The notes under the pieces are model-generated. The model did no database searches. It was not told the origin of the DNA and was given only the letters and a program-made list of their open reading frames with translations. From sequence record MK327931.1: DNA of 64,000 nt; one strand, written 5' to 3'. Made by a program: the position numbers and the translations under genes. Shown here piece after piece: positions 42,470 to 52,435 of the stretch (positions within the stretch are counted from its first letter, which is position 1; each line of letters begins with the position of its first letter). The DNA comes from Escherichia phage vB_EcoM_G17.

Positions 42470-42697
42470 TTACATTAACCCAGAACCGTCACCTGTTGGT
42501 GCAGCGGCATAAACAACTGCAACCACATTTTTGCGGCGTTGTTCTTCATGTGCTTTAAATTCACGGTACTTTCTTAAGTTGTTTAATACTTGTAATGTTA
42601 GTTTCGGTTTTCTGGAATCAGTAATTTTATATACGTTCTGATCATCTTCAGGGTCGTACATTGAATCACTGCTAGATTCAAAGATGTCCTTTAACAT
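42470..42697 (-). CDS. Small hypothetical protein (75 aa), possible prohead core component
   Basis: ATG with AAGGAG SD; directly downstream of the portal gene. Confidence 0.4.
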   Translation of the reverse strand: MLKDIFESSSDSMYDPEDDQNVYKITDSRKPKLTLQVLNNLRKYREFKAHEEQRRKNVVAVVYAAAPTGDGSGLM

Positions 42698-42711
42698 TTG
42701 ATCTCCTTGAA

Positions 42712-42748
42712 ATATGCATTATAAATGAGGGTAAAAATAAACCCTCAT
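42712..42748 (-). terminator. Stem-loop after the portal gene (attenuator or terminator)
   Basis: atgagggt-aaaaataa-accctcat stem followed on the minus strand by UUUAUAAU. Confidence 0.35.
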
Positions 42749-42770
42749 TCTTATACATTGTTATTTATGT

Positions 42771-44510
42771 TTAAAAAGAATTGCCTAAATTATTAGGGTC
42801 GAAACCACCACTTCCACTCTGTTGCTCTTGGTATTCGGCATCAGCACTTTCCAAATTACCTTCTCCATCAATACCAAGATCCATTCCAGGATCATTTGGA
42901 GCATCAATACCAACAGACTGCAATCCTGCGGAATCTTCTTCACCACCAGAAGGTTGGGAACCATCTTGTGGATTCTCTTGTAACCACATTTGTTCATTCT
43001 TAACAATATCAGCTTTAGAAAAGCCCATTTTTTCAAGAATTGTTTGTTTTGCCATATAAGGCAAGTCATTAAGAGGAAGATATGTATTAATTAGTTTAGC
43101 ATCTAGTTCAGCTTTACGATAAGAAGCTAAGTTAATAGGTGGATTCATAATAACTTCAAAAGATGAAGTACTAATGTTATATCCATTTTTAACCATAAAT
43201 CTTTTGAATTCAGCATCAAAATGTTTTGCAACTAAACGTTGATAACGCATACATTGATTATTGAATCGCAATTCACTTGCCATAGCTTGTGTAGCACCAT
43301 CACCAAATAATGAAACACCACCATCATCTGGACCTTGTGGTAGATATGAAGCTGGTATTTGAAGACCACGAATCAATTTATTATTGAAATAACGTAAGTC
43401 ATCAATTTGTCCTAAGTTATCACCGCCTGGTAATGTTTGAACATCTGAACCACGACCTTCAGAAGTTTGTGGGAAAAAGTAGTCTTCTAAAATGCTTAAT
43501 GGATTATACGCTGCATCCATTAGTGAAGTACTTCCACCTTTGTTTGAAGGTATTCTACGCTGGTGGATTTCATTTTTAAATCTTTCAACATAAGCCATCG
43601 CTTGGTGTGCTTGCATATCACCAACATCAATTTTAAATACACGACGCTCAGGTGCACGTTGTACACGATAAATTATGATACTATCTTCCAGAAGTTCTTT
43701 TTGCTTATAGACTTTAAATACGTCCTCAAGTATACTAGTACCAAAAGGCCATACCCCATCTTGTCCTGTATTTAGTGTTAGATGAATTACGTGTTCTGCA
43801 CCAACAGGAATAACGTCTAATTGACCGTTAGTACTGAATGGGTCAGCCGTATTTCCTTGACTTGTAAAACCAGATGCACCACCAGCAGCTACTGAACCAC
43901 CACCACCCATTGTTGTTGGAATAGCTCCTGGATAAGCGGTTTTATCAAATCCTACTTGAAGGTTACTAAAAACTTTATCTTTCAAATTTAATGATACGTC
44001 ACGTATATAATAAATTACTGGTGTTTTACCAGTGGCTTCGTTAACAAATACTTGCTCAACATTTTTGGGACTTACCCAATACCAATCGAATGTTTCTGGA
44101 TCTCGAATGAAAAATTGATCACCATATTTCAGAAGACCACGCACAATTTCATACATTCGTGTTTTAAAATCATTTTGTTCAGTCCATGCATCTAAACGAT
44201 CTTCAATAGTCGTTACTTCAGTATCACCAATATCATCTTTATATTTGATTTTATATGGTAAACCAAAATCTTCAGTACTTTGAGTACAAAAGTCAGCAAT
44301 TATATTCAATGCAGTTCTAATTTCAGGATCTTGGTCCATTTGCTCATACTGACTATAACGCTCAGTACGATTTGCCAATCCATTATATACAACAGGAAGA
44401 TAGGAAGCGAAATTTGTTTTCGTTCCTGTTGATTTATTGCTATTACTGGACTGATTTGGGATGGTCGATAGTTTAGACCTTCCCACTGTCATATGTCGTT
44501 TCCAACTCAT
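42771..44510 (-). CDS. gp20: Portal vertex protein (T4 gp20-like)
   Basis: 579 aa; position upstream of core, protease, scaffold and capsid genes; acidic C-terminus; AAGGA SD. Confidence 0.65.
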   Translation of the reverse strand: MSWKRHMTVGRSKLSTIPNQSSNSNKSTGTKTNFASYLPVVYNGLANRTERYSQYEQMDQDPEIRTALNIIADFCTQSTEDFGLPYKIKYKDDIGDTEVTTIEDRLDAWTEQNDFKTRMYEIVRGLLKYGDQFFIRDPETFDWYWVSPKNVEQVFVNEATGKTPVIYYIRDVSLNLKDKVFSNLQVGFDKTAYPGAIPTTMGGGGSVAAGGASGFTSQGNTADPFSTNGQLDVIPVGAEHVIHLTLNTGQDGVWPFGTSILEDVFKVYKQKELLEDSIIIYRVQRAPERRVFKIDVGDMQAHQAMAYVERFKNEIHQRRIPSNKGGSTSLMDAAYNPLSILEDYFFPQTSEGRGSDVQTLPGGDNLGQIDDLRYFNNKLIRGLQIPASYLPQGPDDGGVSLFGDGATQAMASELRFNNQCMRYQRLVAKHFDAEFKRFMVKNGYNISTSSFEVIMNPPINLASYRKAELDAKLINTYLPLNDLPYMAKQTILEKMGFSKADIVKNEQMWLQENPQDGSQPSGGEEDSAGLQSVGIDAPNDPGMDLGIDGEGNLESADAEYQEQQSGSGGFDPNNLGNSF

Positions 44511-44521
44511 TATTTTCGTCC

Positions 44522-46726
44522 TTAACTGTTTCTCTCACCTTGAGTGTTTTCAGAGATAGTTCTTAGATAGTTATTTGTCTGTTGCACAGCAGATAGAGAT
44601 TGCTCATTAACATCAGCAAGTTTTTTAAGTAACTCTTTCATGTCTTCTGATATTGTGGCATTATTATTAGCATTTGCCATACTACTACCACTATTTATCA
44701 TCGCTTTCATGGACTCATAATCGTCCGGTTCAGCTTGAATTGGTAGATCATTTGGTCCCCATGCTGATTTGTCAAATGTTTTTGGAGTTATCGTTACATA
44801 TGGTGCAACATGTTCAGATTTTTCAATTCTCGCAGTAGCTCTTGGCTTATTTTCAAGACCACTACTAATAAGTTTTTCAGCAACTGATTCATCAAGGGGT
44901 TTTGGTTGTTTAAAGTTTCTACTTGAATTCCATTTTAAAAAACCATCAAATGAACTAGAAATATAATCACCAAATGAATTCATTTTTTCTTCAAAATAAT
45001 TATTAACTTTTTCTGCACCATCGGTAACAGAATTGTTTTCTACTTTTACTTTGTCGTCTGAACCACCAAACCAACCTTTAACAGAATCCCAAAGTTTACC
45101 AGGAAGATCCATTAGGTTATTCATAAAGCTATCAAATGCTTCTGAAACTTTATTATATCCACTACCAAAAATTTCAGTACCTAACCCTTCTAACCACTGC
45201 TCAAACTCACCACCAATCCTATCCAAATACGCAACTGCATCTTTCGCAATAGGAACCAAACCAAAACCATCAAGTGCTAACTCTCCGATAAATTCCCATG
45301 CACCATCAGTACGGTCTGCAATATCAGTAAGGTAATCCGCAATAGAATTTTGTGTATCTGCATACATTTTATTAAATGGTTCAGTAAATTCTTTACTAAT
45401 CCATCTATTGAATCTATCCGTGAATTGTGTTAGTTTATCTGCTGGTTGACTCTTAGGATCATTAATCGCAGCTTCCATATCAAGTAGCTGTTGGTTGAAG
45501 GTTGCTGCTGTAGTGTTTCCTAATTGTATCTGATTTAATAAATCTTGCTTTATTAGTTCTTTGTTCTTTTTAACAAATTCCAATTGTTGACGGCGAATTT
45601 CTTGTGAATCAGTAACACCACTACGTACCAAGTTCTCACCTAAATCAGCAAATTGGTTCAGTACTGGAGTCAATAAATCATCTGGTACTCCACCAATAGT
45701 TAAACGATGTGAAATTAAACGTAGAAAATCTGCACCAGCATCACCCATACTGGCAGCCGCTTCGTTAAATGCTTTTGATGTTGCAACTGCTGCTTTACTA
45801 GATAATCCAGAATAGTTTTGTAATGCGATTTGCATTGAACGTGTGTCTAATGATTTATCTAAGTTTTGTGTTTTATTTAATAGTGCATCAACTGACTCAC
45901 CCATGCTTTTACTGAACTTAGTCATGCTCATGATAAACTGTTCAGTACTTTTTGCTTGATCCATACTACGTAACATTTCTCTTCCACCAAATTGCTTTTG
46001 GAATTTAATATTACGTGCAGTTAAATCAGTTAATGTTTTTTGTGAAACACCATATAAACCTAATTGATTTTGTGCTTGTTGCACAGTACCCAATAATTTA
46101 CCAAATGTAGAAACACCATCACCATATGCACCATCTAATTGTGCAACAACGGCACTATGAGTTTGTAATGCTTCACCAAATGCATCAATACTCATCATTG
46201 ATGCACCAGCACCTTTTAATATGGAGCCGTAACCTTCAGATAGAGCGACACCAGCACTGTTTATTCTATTATAAACTTCAAGCTGTGCATTTAACACATT
46301 ATAAACTGCTAAACCAGCGTCAGCAACCAATTTGAAGGCAGATGCTGCTGCACCAACTGGACCTGGGATCATTGCTAATGAACCAGCAAATGAAGATGCA
46401 CTCATTCCTAGTGAGTTTACAACATTGCTAACGTTTGCAGACGTACTCATCATAGTTTTGCCGACATTCGATACTTCAGATGATAATGATTTAAATATTT
46501 TTCCAAATTCTTTACCATCATCAGCTTTGTTATTTGTTCGAGAGCCACGGTTTCCAGTACTTGATGAATTACTTCCATTACGTTTTCCACTTTTAGAACC
46601 GGATTTCTTTCTATCATTTTTTATATTTTCAGCCAATAACTCACGTATAGCACTCAAACTATCGTTGTTATCTTTAGTTTGATTAACCAACTGCTGGAGT
46701 AGGTAATCACTTGTATTTCCAGCCAT
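44522..46726 (-). CDS. Large low-complexity helical virion protein (tape-measure-like or internal/ejection protein)
   Basis: 734 aa, Ala/Gly/Ser/Gln-rich with basic S/N/G-rich N-terminus; AAAGGGAA SD; directly precedes the portal gene. Confidence 0.35.
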   Translation of the reverse strand: MAGNTSDYLLQQLVNQTKDNNDSLSAIRELLAENIKNDRKKSGSKSGKRNGSNSSSTGNRGSRTNNKADDGKEFGKIFKSLSSEVSNVGKTMMSTSANVSNVVNSLGMSASSFAGSLAMIPGPVGAAASAFKLVADAGLAVYNVLNAQLEVYNRINSAGVALSEGYGSILKGAGASMMSIDAFGEALQTHSAVVAQLDGAYGDGVSTFGKLLGTVQQAQNQLGLYGVSQKTLTDLTARNIKFQKQFGGREMLRSMDQAKSTEQFIMSMTKFSKSMGESVDALLNKTQNLDKSLDTRSMQIALQNYSGLSSKAAVATSKAFNEAAASMGDAGADFLRLISHRLTIGGVPDDLLTPVLNQFADLGENLVRSGVTDSQEIRRQQLEFVKKNKELIKQDLLNQIQLGNTTAATFNQQLLDMEAAINDPKSQPADKLTQFTDRFNRWISKEFTEPFNKMYADTQNSIADYLTDIADRTDGAWEFIGELALDGFGLVPIAKDAVAYLDRIGGEFEQWLEGLGTEIFGSGYNKVSEAFDSFMNNLMDLPGKLWDSVKGWFGGSDDKVKVENNSVTDGAEKVNNYFEEKMNSFGDYISSSFDGFLKWNSSRNFKQPKPLDESVAEKLISSGLENKPRATARIEKSEHVAPYVTITPKTFDKSAWGPNDLPIQAEPDDYESMKAMINSGSSMANANNNATISEDMKELLKKLADVNEQSLSAVQQTNNYLRTISENTQGERNS

Positions 46727-46814
46727 AACATTCCCTTTTAATAGATGTATTATAGAAATATTTATGAAACTATAGAGAATATAAAAATTAGTTTAATTTA
46801 ATCTTTTTTGGTCT

Positions 46815-46822
46815 TATAAATA
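46815..46822 (+). promoter_or_regulatory. Late promoter TATAAATA
   Basis: Exact TATAAATA 35 nt upstream of the ATG at 46857. Confidence 0.5.
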
Positions 46823-46856
46823 CTAAAACACATTTATTACATGGAGATTTAATAAA

Positions 46857-47693
46857 ATGGCTATGAATCCACTTGCTAAGTACACTAAAATTGAAGAGAT
46901 CAGTACTAAGTTAGTTACAAACGGCGTTATTCCTTATAAAGAAGGAGTTCTAGGTCCAAAAGGTGTCAAATGTGGAGTTTGTGCACGTAGTGCACGTGAT
47001 GAAATGACACTTAATACCCCCGATATGTTACTAAACGGAGATGCAGTATCCCGTGTTATTGAAAACTGTGTTCCTAATGTAATTGACGCTGATGAGTTGT
47101 ATGTAAATGACGTTGAAATGCTTCTTATTGCTATTAAAGTTGCTTCCAAAGAAGAAACATATGATATTAACGTTGTATGTCCTGAATGTGAAAAAGAAGG
47201 TCGATTTGAGCGTAATCTATCATATCTTCTTGAAACTGCACAAGCATTTGAAGAAATCCCATCAATTGATTTAGATAATGGACTCCGTTTAGAATTTAGA
47301 CCACTGACATGGAAAGAATATTCATCGTTTGCTGAACGCATGTTCAGTGAGCAGCAGAAGACTAAGTTTCTTGAAACTGCTGATATTGATAAAGATGAAA
47401 AAGTAAAAATATTTTCTGAAGTATTTGAAAACATGGCTCAACTTAACTTCGACATGATCGGTGGAGTTATTGCAAAAATTATAACACCAGATGGTGATGA
47501 AGTAGTTGAAAAAGAATTTATTAATGAATGGCTTGGACAACAATCGAAGGGAGTACTTAAACTAATTCGTGAAAAAATGGATGAAGTACTTGAAATTGGA
47601 GTATCACATAGTATGGAAGTAGAATGTGATGGATGTAATCATCAATGGGAAATTGATGGACTAAAATATGATCCTAGTCATTTTTTCGAGTAA
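46857..47693 (+). CDS. Hypothetical protein with two CxxC pairs
   Basis: 278 aa; CGVC...CPECEKEG and CDGCNH; TGGAGA SD; preceded by a late-promoter element. Confidence 0.5.
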   Translation: MAMNPLAKYTKIEEISTKLVTNGVIPYKEGVLGPKGVKCGVCARSARDEMTLNTPDMLLNGDAVSRVIENCVPNVIDADELYVNDVEMLLIAIKVASKEETYDINVVCPECEKEGRFERNLSYLLETAQAFEEIPSIDLDNGLRLEFRPLTWKEYSSFAERMFSEQQKTKFLETADIDKDEKVKIFSEVFENMAQLNFDMIGGVIAKIITPDGDEVVEKEFINEWLGQQSKGVLKLIREKMDEVLEIGVSHSMEVECDGCNHQWEIDGLKYDPSHFFE

Positions 47694-47902
47694 TGCTTCT
47701 CCAGTCATCTCCTGAAGAAATACAAGAAGTACTGAAGGAGATAGAACTGAATAAGTCAGAAATCAAAAATGCACTAATGGAATGTTCTGTATATATGGAT
47801 AACATTGACTATGGAACACTCCTTAATATGCCATTAATAGATAGAGACTTATTAGTTAAGTCTTTTAATAAAAAAATTAAAAAACAAAACGAGAAGCACT
47901 AA
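47693..47902 (+). CDS. Hypothetical small protein (69 aa)
   Basis: Start overlaps the upstream stop (TAATG); followed by a strong terminator. Confidence 0.45.
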   Translation: MLLQSSPEEIQEVLKEIELNKSEIKNALMECSVYMDNIDYGTLLNMPLIDRDLLVKSFNKKIKKQNEKH

Positions 47903-47911
47903 TTTTCATAT

Positions 47912-47938
47912 AGCCAGCACATTGTTGCTGGTTTTTTT
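47912..47938 (+). terminator. Rho-independent terminator
   Basis: ccagca-cattgt-tgctgg stem followed by a run of seven T. Confidence 0.7.
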
Positions 47939-47939
47939 G

Positions 47940-48737
47940 GTTTTAAACTACAGAATTATTTGAATTGAATTATGAAAGGATTAATTTTAATATTATTGGA
48001 TTCATCTAACTCATTTCATTCGTTAGCTGAAGAATATTCGTTACTACGTAACTCATATTCATTTAATTAAATTAATTATAAAGAACTTTAAAAGATTTAA
48101 TACTTGACGGGATTTGTTGAGGACATTTTCATCCCCCCGCAGGGGAATGAAGACAATAAAAAAGAGACAATGAAGTCTCTATTTCTTGACGCTGATGGTT
48201 TCAGCATTTATTGTATTGCGAATTTCTTAAAAATATATTAAGAACGAAAGCGGGTTGCTCTGTTTCTCTCTATCGCAGTCATGTGCAACGGTCGTCAGTC
48301 TTAATCATCCTGACACTCACCTGAAAGTCTATACAATCAAACTTCAGGCTGTTTATTAAAATCACTTAATAAACTCCCTTAGCAAATCTGGTAAGGTGCG
48401 ATCCTTATATGTCTATCGAGGAACTCTCTGTATGCTTATCGGAGTTCTTTATTGAGCCGCATTGCCGTGAGGGGTTCAAACTATGCCCACATCTAACGGG
48501 TTTCTTTTGCTCATCGCACTGTTGAACTGCTCATCTGCCATCTACATTTTCGATAGGATCAGGTTCTAATTTATATGCATTTCTGCATTCAACAGGATTG
48601 TCATTACTACAACAAACATTATAGCACAAACTTTAAAGTTGTCTCACTATTTTTATAAAAATATTCATTAAGTACTTAAAATATTGCAAATAACTAATCT
48701 ATAAATATTTTGATAACAAATAGTTTGGTGAGGAATT
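47940..48737. other. ORF-free, hairpin-rich intergenic region of about 0.8 kb
   Basis: No ORF of 60 aa or more on any frame; local GC about 40-50% at 48120-48540 against about 30% in flanks; several perfect short inverted repeats. No tRNA cloverleaf could be drawn. Confidence 0.5.
48700..48707 (+). promoter_or_regulatory. Late promoter TATAAATA upstream of the Endo VII-like gene
   Basis: Exact TATAAATA 31 nt upstream of the ATG at 48738; GAGGAA SD. Confidence 0.5.
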
Positions 48738-49229
48738 ATGAAAAAAAGATTAAAAGATAGTAAGGATGCTGCAAACTATCGAAACGAATTACTAAAGAAA
48801 CAAAATGGAATAGATCCTATAATTAAAGAACCAATAACTAAACCAGTACTGGATCACTACCACTATGGTAACCAACATTGTAGACAAGTTCTTCAAAATG
48901 AAGTCAATGCTTGGGAAGGAAAGGTACAAAACAGCTTCAATCGATATATGAAGCACTTAACTGATAAACCATTATATGAGGTACTCAGAAATCTTGCTGA
49001 TTACTTAGAGCGTAATAACAGCATTCCTGACGATGAACAAGTTATACATCACACTGCACTAACTGTGGATGTTAATAAGTTTAAAAGGCTTCCAGCAACA
49101 CAGCAAAACGCGATTCTGGAAGGGTTAGGAGTTGTCCCTGGTAGTAACACTACTGCTCGTGTAAAGCAAGCCAGAAAGCTGATTAAGGACGGTAAATTAA
49201 ATATGGTTGATATAAAAAAAGGGAGCTAA
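48738..49229 (+). CDS. gp49: Endonuclease VII-like Holliday-junction resolvase (T4 gp49-like), zinc ligands apparently replaced
   Basis: 163 aa. QNGIDPII / VLDHYHY / NEVNAWEGKVQNSFNR parallel T4 Endo VII QNGKCLIC / HLDHDHE / NLCNAAEGQMKHKFNR as recalled; the four Zn-ligand Cys positions read D, I, Q, V here. Confidence 0.55.
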   Translation: MKKRLKDSKDAANYRNELLKKQNGIDPIIKEPITKPVLDHYHYGNQHCRQVLQNEVNAWEGKVQNSFNRYMKHLTDKPLYEVLRNLADYLERNNSIPDDEQVIHHTALTVDVNKFKRLPATQQNAILEGLGVVPGSNTTARVKQARKLIKDGKLNMVDIKKGS

Positions 49230-49245
49230 GGCTCCCTTTATCTTT
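49211..49245. terminator. Bidirectional terminator between convergent gp49-like and gp46 genes
   Basis: aaagggagc-taag-gctcccttt stem flanked by an A-run and T-rich sequence; the gp49-like stop codon lies in the loop. Confidence 0.6.
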
Positions 49246-49247
49246 AA

Positions 49248-51395
49248 TTAGAAAACATCGTCAAGGGTTGCATATTCAACAGTACTGAAACCGTCCTCTT
49301 TAACAACTTTGAGGATTTTTTCAGTCTTAGATAGTAACTCTTCTCTGTGGGAAATAGCATAAACGTTCTTACCACGTACAGCAGCCATATCTTGGAAGAT
49401 AGACCACACACGTAGAACACCACTTGAGTCAAGACCTTGGTCAATCATCTCATCAATGATAAGAATATTAATACTTTGGTATAATGACTCATATGTATCA
49501 CGGAAAGCACAAGATAATGCGATGTTTACCCTTGTACGCTCACCTCTACTAAGCTGTTTATAGTCAAAGTACTGTCCACTCTTCTCAATTTCAACACTCA
49601 AATCATTCAAAAACACAACATTATGCTCAGAACCGCACATATCGATATAGTACTGAAGTCGTGTATTCAAATATGATATATTTTGCTCAATAATACGTTT
49701 ACGGACATAAGAATCCTTGTTTAAAAGTAATTTAACCAAGAAATCTTGGTGATTTGACATTTTATCAAGATTATTATAGTCGCTATAATCAATTGGTACT
49801 AAAGAATCAGTCTTCAGGGTATTAATTTGGCTAATAAATGTGTTAGTAGTCTTCAATTCACGATCTAATTGCTGTGATAATGAATTTACAGTCATTTCTA
49901 ACTCTTTAACTTCATATTTGTTTAATGTATCTGGAACTTCCATTAGTTCATATGAGTTAAGTTCATCATATGATGACATAAGTTCATTTGCATAGATGTT
50001 TATTTGTTCTTCTTCACTCTTTCTGACCAATTCTTGAAGCTTATGTTCATGCATTTGTGCTTCTGAAAGTGTATTATAATATGTCACAGGCTTAGGTGGC
50101 ATATCAAAAATCTCAATACTATCAATTTCTTGAAGTAATGTTTCAATTTCAGAAGAAGAACTATCAATTTTAGCTTGAAGATCATTAATAGTACTTTGGA
50201 TTTTGTCTTTAATTGAAGAAGTATGTTCGTTATGTTCCAATTCAGACATACAAAGTGGACATTTGCTGTTTTCAACTGTTGATAATTTGTCAATTTCAGC
50301 ATTAATTGAACATTCATATCCTTTTAAAGCTATTTTTAGTGAGTTTAGTTTTTGTTCTTTGAAACGTTTTTGGTTATTATTCTCTTTTAGAATACCCTCT
50401 AACTGTTTCCATATCTCCAACTCATTATGATTTTCCAATTCTGCACTAATATCAATAGTTTTTAGCTTATCAATGCTTAGATTTAATGCTCTTTTAGATC
50501 TTTCAAGTTCACGGTCATATGCATCAAATTTTAAAGCCAACTCTTGTACACGGCGTTCGATTTCACCACGCTTTGCGTTATGAATAAGAGCTTTCTCTTT
50601 TATGTCCGCAGCTTCATAGAGGTCATTAAAGTCTAAAGTTTTATATATATTCAACTCTTCATTTAACTTATATACTCTATTATTTTTATCAATTTCAAAC
50701 TGGTTTGCCTGTTCTTGTAGTGCCTCAATACTTTTTTGAATACGTTCATTACTTGCAGCTACAGTTTCATTTTTGAACTTTTCTTGTTCGGCTAAACGTT
50801 TAGTATCCTTATACATCTCCTTTAGCATTTCAGCTTTTTCCGTCAACTGTGTTATTCCAAGAAGTTCTTCTATCATATCACGTTGTTTTTGTGTGGATAA
50901 AGCTAAGAAAGGTTCAACGTTAGCATTCAGTACTACAATATGTTCAAATAATAATTGAGATATACCAAGAATTTCATTCAAATCTTCTTGTGTGTCTTTC
51001 TTTTCTCCCCTTGATTCATCTTCAATTTTATTATCTTTCCCTAAAGTAACAAAATTGAAATACGTGGGACTTCTCCCACGTTCAACCAGATATTGTACAC
51101 CATCTTTTTCAAACTCTACAACTACTTCACAATTTTTTCCATTAGTTTTATTGACTAGGTTAGGAATTTTAATATCGTTACCAATACTTTTACCAAATAA
51201 TCCAAAAACTAATCCTTGAATAATAGCACTTTTCCCTACACCATTTCGACGTCCGGTACTGTCACCACCTTCAATAACTGCATCATTATTTTGACCCAGT
51301 ACTAATGAAATGTCGGAACCATTCAAGTCAATTGATTGTGGTGCATTACCAAATGAAAAGAAGTTCCTCATAGATATACGTGTAATGTTTAGCAT
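49248..51395 (-). CDS. gp46: Recombination endonuclease subunit gp46 (Rad50/SbcC-like ATPase)
   Basis: 715 aa. N-terminal Walker A (GVGKS), long coiled-coil, zinc-hook-like CPLCMSE, C-terminal signature/Walker B (...ILIIDEMIDQGLD...). Confidence 0.85.
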   Translation of the reverse strand: MLNITRISMRNFFSFGNAPQSIDLNGSDISLVLGQNNDAVIEGGDSTGRRNGVGKSAIIQGLVFGLFGKSIGNDIKIPNLVNKTNGKNCEVVVEFEKDGVQYLVERGRSPTYFNFVTLGKDNKIEDESRGEKKDTQEDLNEILGISQLLFEHIVVLNANVEPFLALSTQKQRDMIEELLGITQLTEKAEMLKEMYKDTKRLAEQEKFKNETVAASNERIQKSIEALQEQANQFEIDKNNRVYKLNEELNIYKTLDFNDLYEAADIKEKALIHNAKRGEIERRVQELALKFDAYDRELERSKRALNLSIDKLKTIDISAELENHNELEIWKQLEGILKENNNQKRFKEQKLNSLKIALKGYECSINAEIDKLSTVENSKCPLCMSELEHNEHTSSIKDKIQSTINDLQAKIDSSSSEIETLLQEIDSIEIFDMPPKPVTYYNTLSEAQMHEHKLQELVRKSEEEQINIYANELMSSYDELNSYELMEVPDTLNKYEVKELEMTVNSLSQQLDRELKTTNTFISQINTLKTDSLVPIDYSDYNNLDKMSNHQDFLVKLLLNKDSYVRKRIIEQNISYLNTRLQYYIDMCGSEHNVVFLNDLSVEIEKSGQYFDYKQLSRGERTRVNIALSCAFRDTYESLYQSINILIIDEMIDQGLDSSGVLRVWSIFQDMAAVRGKNVYAISHREELLSKTEKILKVVKEDGFSTVEYATLDDVF

Positions 51396-51403
51396 ATAGT
51401 CCC

Positions 51404-52435
51404 TTATAACGATCTGTAAATTTGGATTAGAAGATTTTTATCAAACATTGGTGAATCAATTTCCATAATTTGCTGCAAAACTATCTCATCAACTGATTCA
51501 GTACTTTCAAAACTAACACCATCTTCGATTAATTCTGAAATACTTTGCTTGCTTGTCACAACATTAAACTCTCTAATGTTATAAAGTTTAGTAAATGTAT
51601 CACGAATAAAACTAATCTCATCAGTTGTTATTGATATATCAACTTGAACTTTTGATATTGTGTTATCTTGTAGATAATAGCTTGGATCAGTCAACAATTC
51701 AGAAAGTGTGAATGTTCTATATTTTGGTGCATTATCCCATGACTTGAAAATAGGTTCTTTGCCATGTTCAAGAATCATCACACCTCTTGCATCATCCCAT
51801 GTATCGGAAAAATTATGTGGAAAACAATTACCAGTATAAACTACACGAGTTCCTTTTGAAGTTGTTTTTGACTGTCGTTTATGAAAATGTCCACTAAAAA
51901 CATACTCACATCCACCAAAAGAACCTTCTGTTTCTTTTCCATGATCAGGCATTTCTACCATCTTGTTAAGCAAGTAACCTGGTAACTCTAAGTGACCAAA
52001 AACATACTTACTTTTTAGTTGAGGTAACAACTTATATTCATCTTCAATCATAAATGGAATGAAAGTACAATCATCAAAGGTTGTAATTTCATTAATGAAT
52101 TCTATATTTTCATAAACTTGAGCCATATTGATACTTGTTATATCACGTTTGTTTTTATGATACATATCATGGTTGCCGACTAAAAAATATACTTTTTCAA
52201 AATTATCATTTAATAATTGAAGAATTTGTAAACCATAGTTTAGTGTTTGAATATTGATATTACTTCTATTATGAAAATAATCTCCCATAAAAACACAAAC
52301 TTTGATATTATTTTTTTTAGCTACATCAATCATGAATTTAATGAAGTTTAAACAATCTTCATTGTGTTGCTTGCTGTTATTCTTTAAACCTAAGTGAATA
52401 TCAGTGAATGTAATTGCTTTATCAAACAGAGCCAT
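51404..52435 (-). CDS. gp47: Recombination endonuclease subunit gp47 (Mre11/SbcD-like nuclease)
   Basis: ORF-track start is TTG; ATG at 52435 (MALFDKAITFTDIHLG) has an AAGGA SD. Phosphoesterase motifs DIHLG, GDYFH, GNHD, GHFH. Confidence 0.85.
   Translation of the reverse strand: MALFDKAITFTDIHLGLKNNSKQHNEDCLNFIKFMIDVAKKNNIKVCVFMGDYFHNRSNINIQTLNYGLQILQLLNDNFEKVYFLVGNHDMYHKNKRDITSINMAQVYENIEFINEITTFDDCTFIPFMIEDEYKLLPQLKSKYVFGHLELPGYLLNKMVEMPDHGKETEGSFGGCEYVFSGHFHKRQSKTTSKGTRVVYTGNCFPHNFSDTWDDARGVMILEHGKEPIFKSWDNAPKYRTFTLSELLTDPSYYLQDNTISKVQVDISITTDEISFIRDTFTKLYNIREFNVVTSKQSISELIEDGVSFESTESVDEIVLQQIMEIDSPMFDKNLLIQIYRSL

Noticed and set aside
44769-46682. Several 65-116-aa plus-strand ORFs inside the 734-aa gene
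   Set aside because: Antisense or off-frame within a long continuous ORF that has a proper SD; no independent support.
46727-46856. Exact late promoter for the minus-strand 734-aa gene in the divergent region
   Set aside because: Only imperfect matches (cATAAATAT) on the minus strand; the exact TATAAATA in this gap is on the plus strand and serves the 46857 gene.
47903-48737. Group I intron or tRNA cluster in the ORF-free region
   Set aside because: No cloverleaf could be drawn at the GGTTCAAA and GGTTCTAA candidates (T-stems do not pair). For an intron there are no flanking exons of a split gene: the upstream ORF ends in a stop followed by a strong terminator, and the Endo VII-like ORF has its own promoter and SD.
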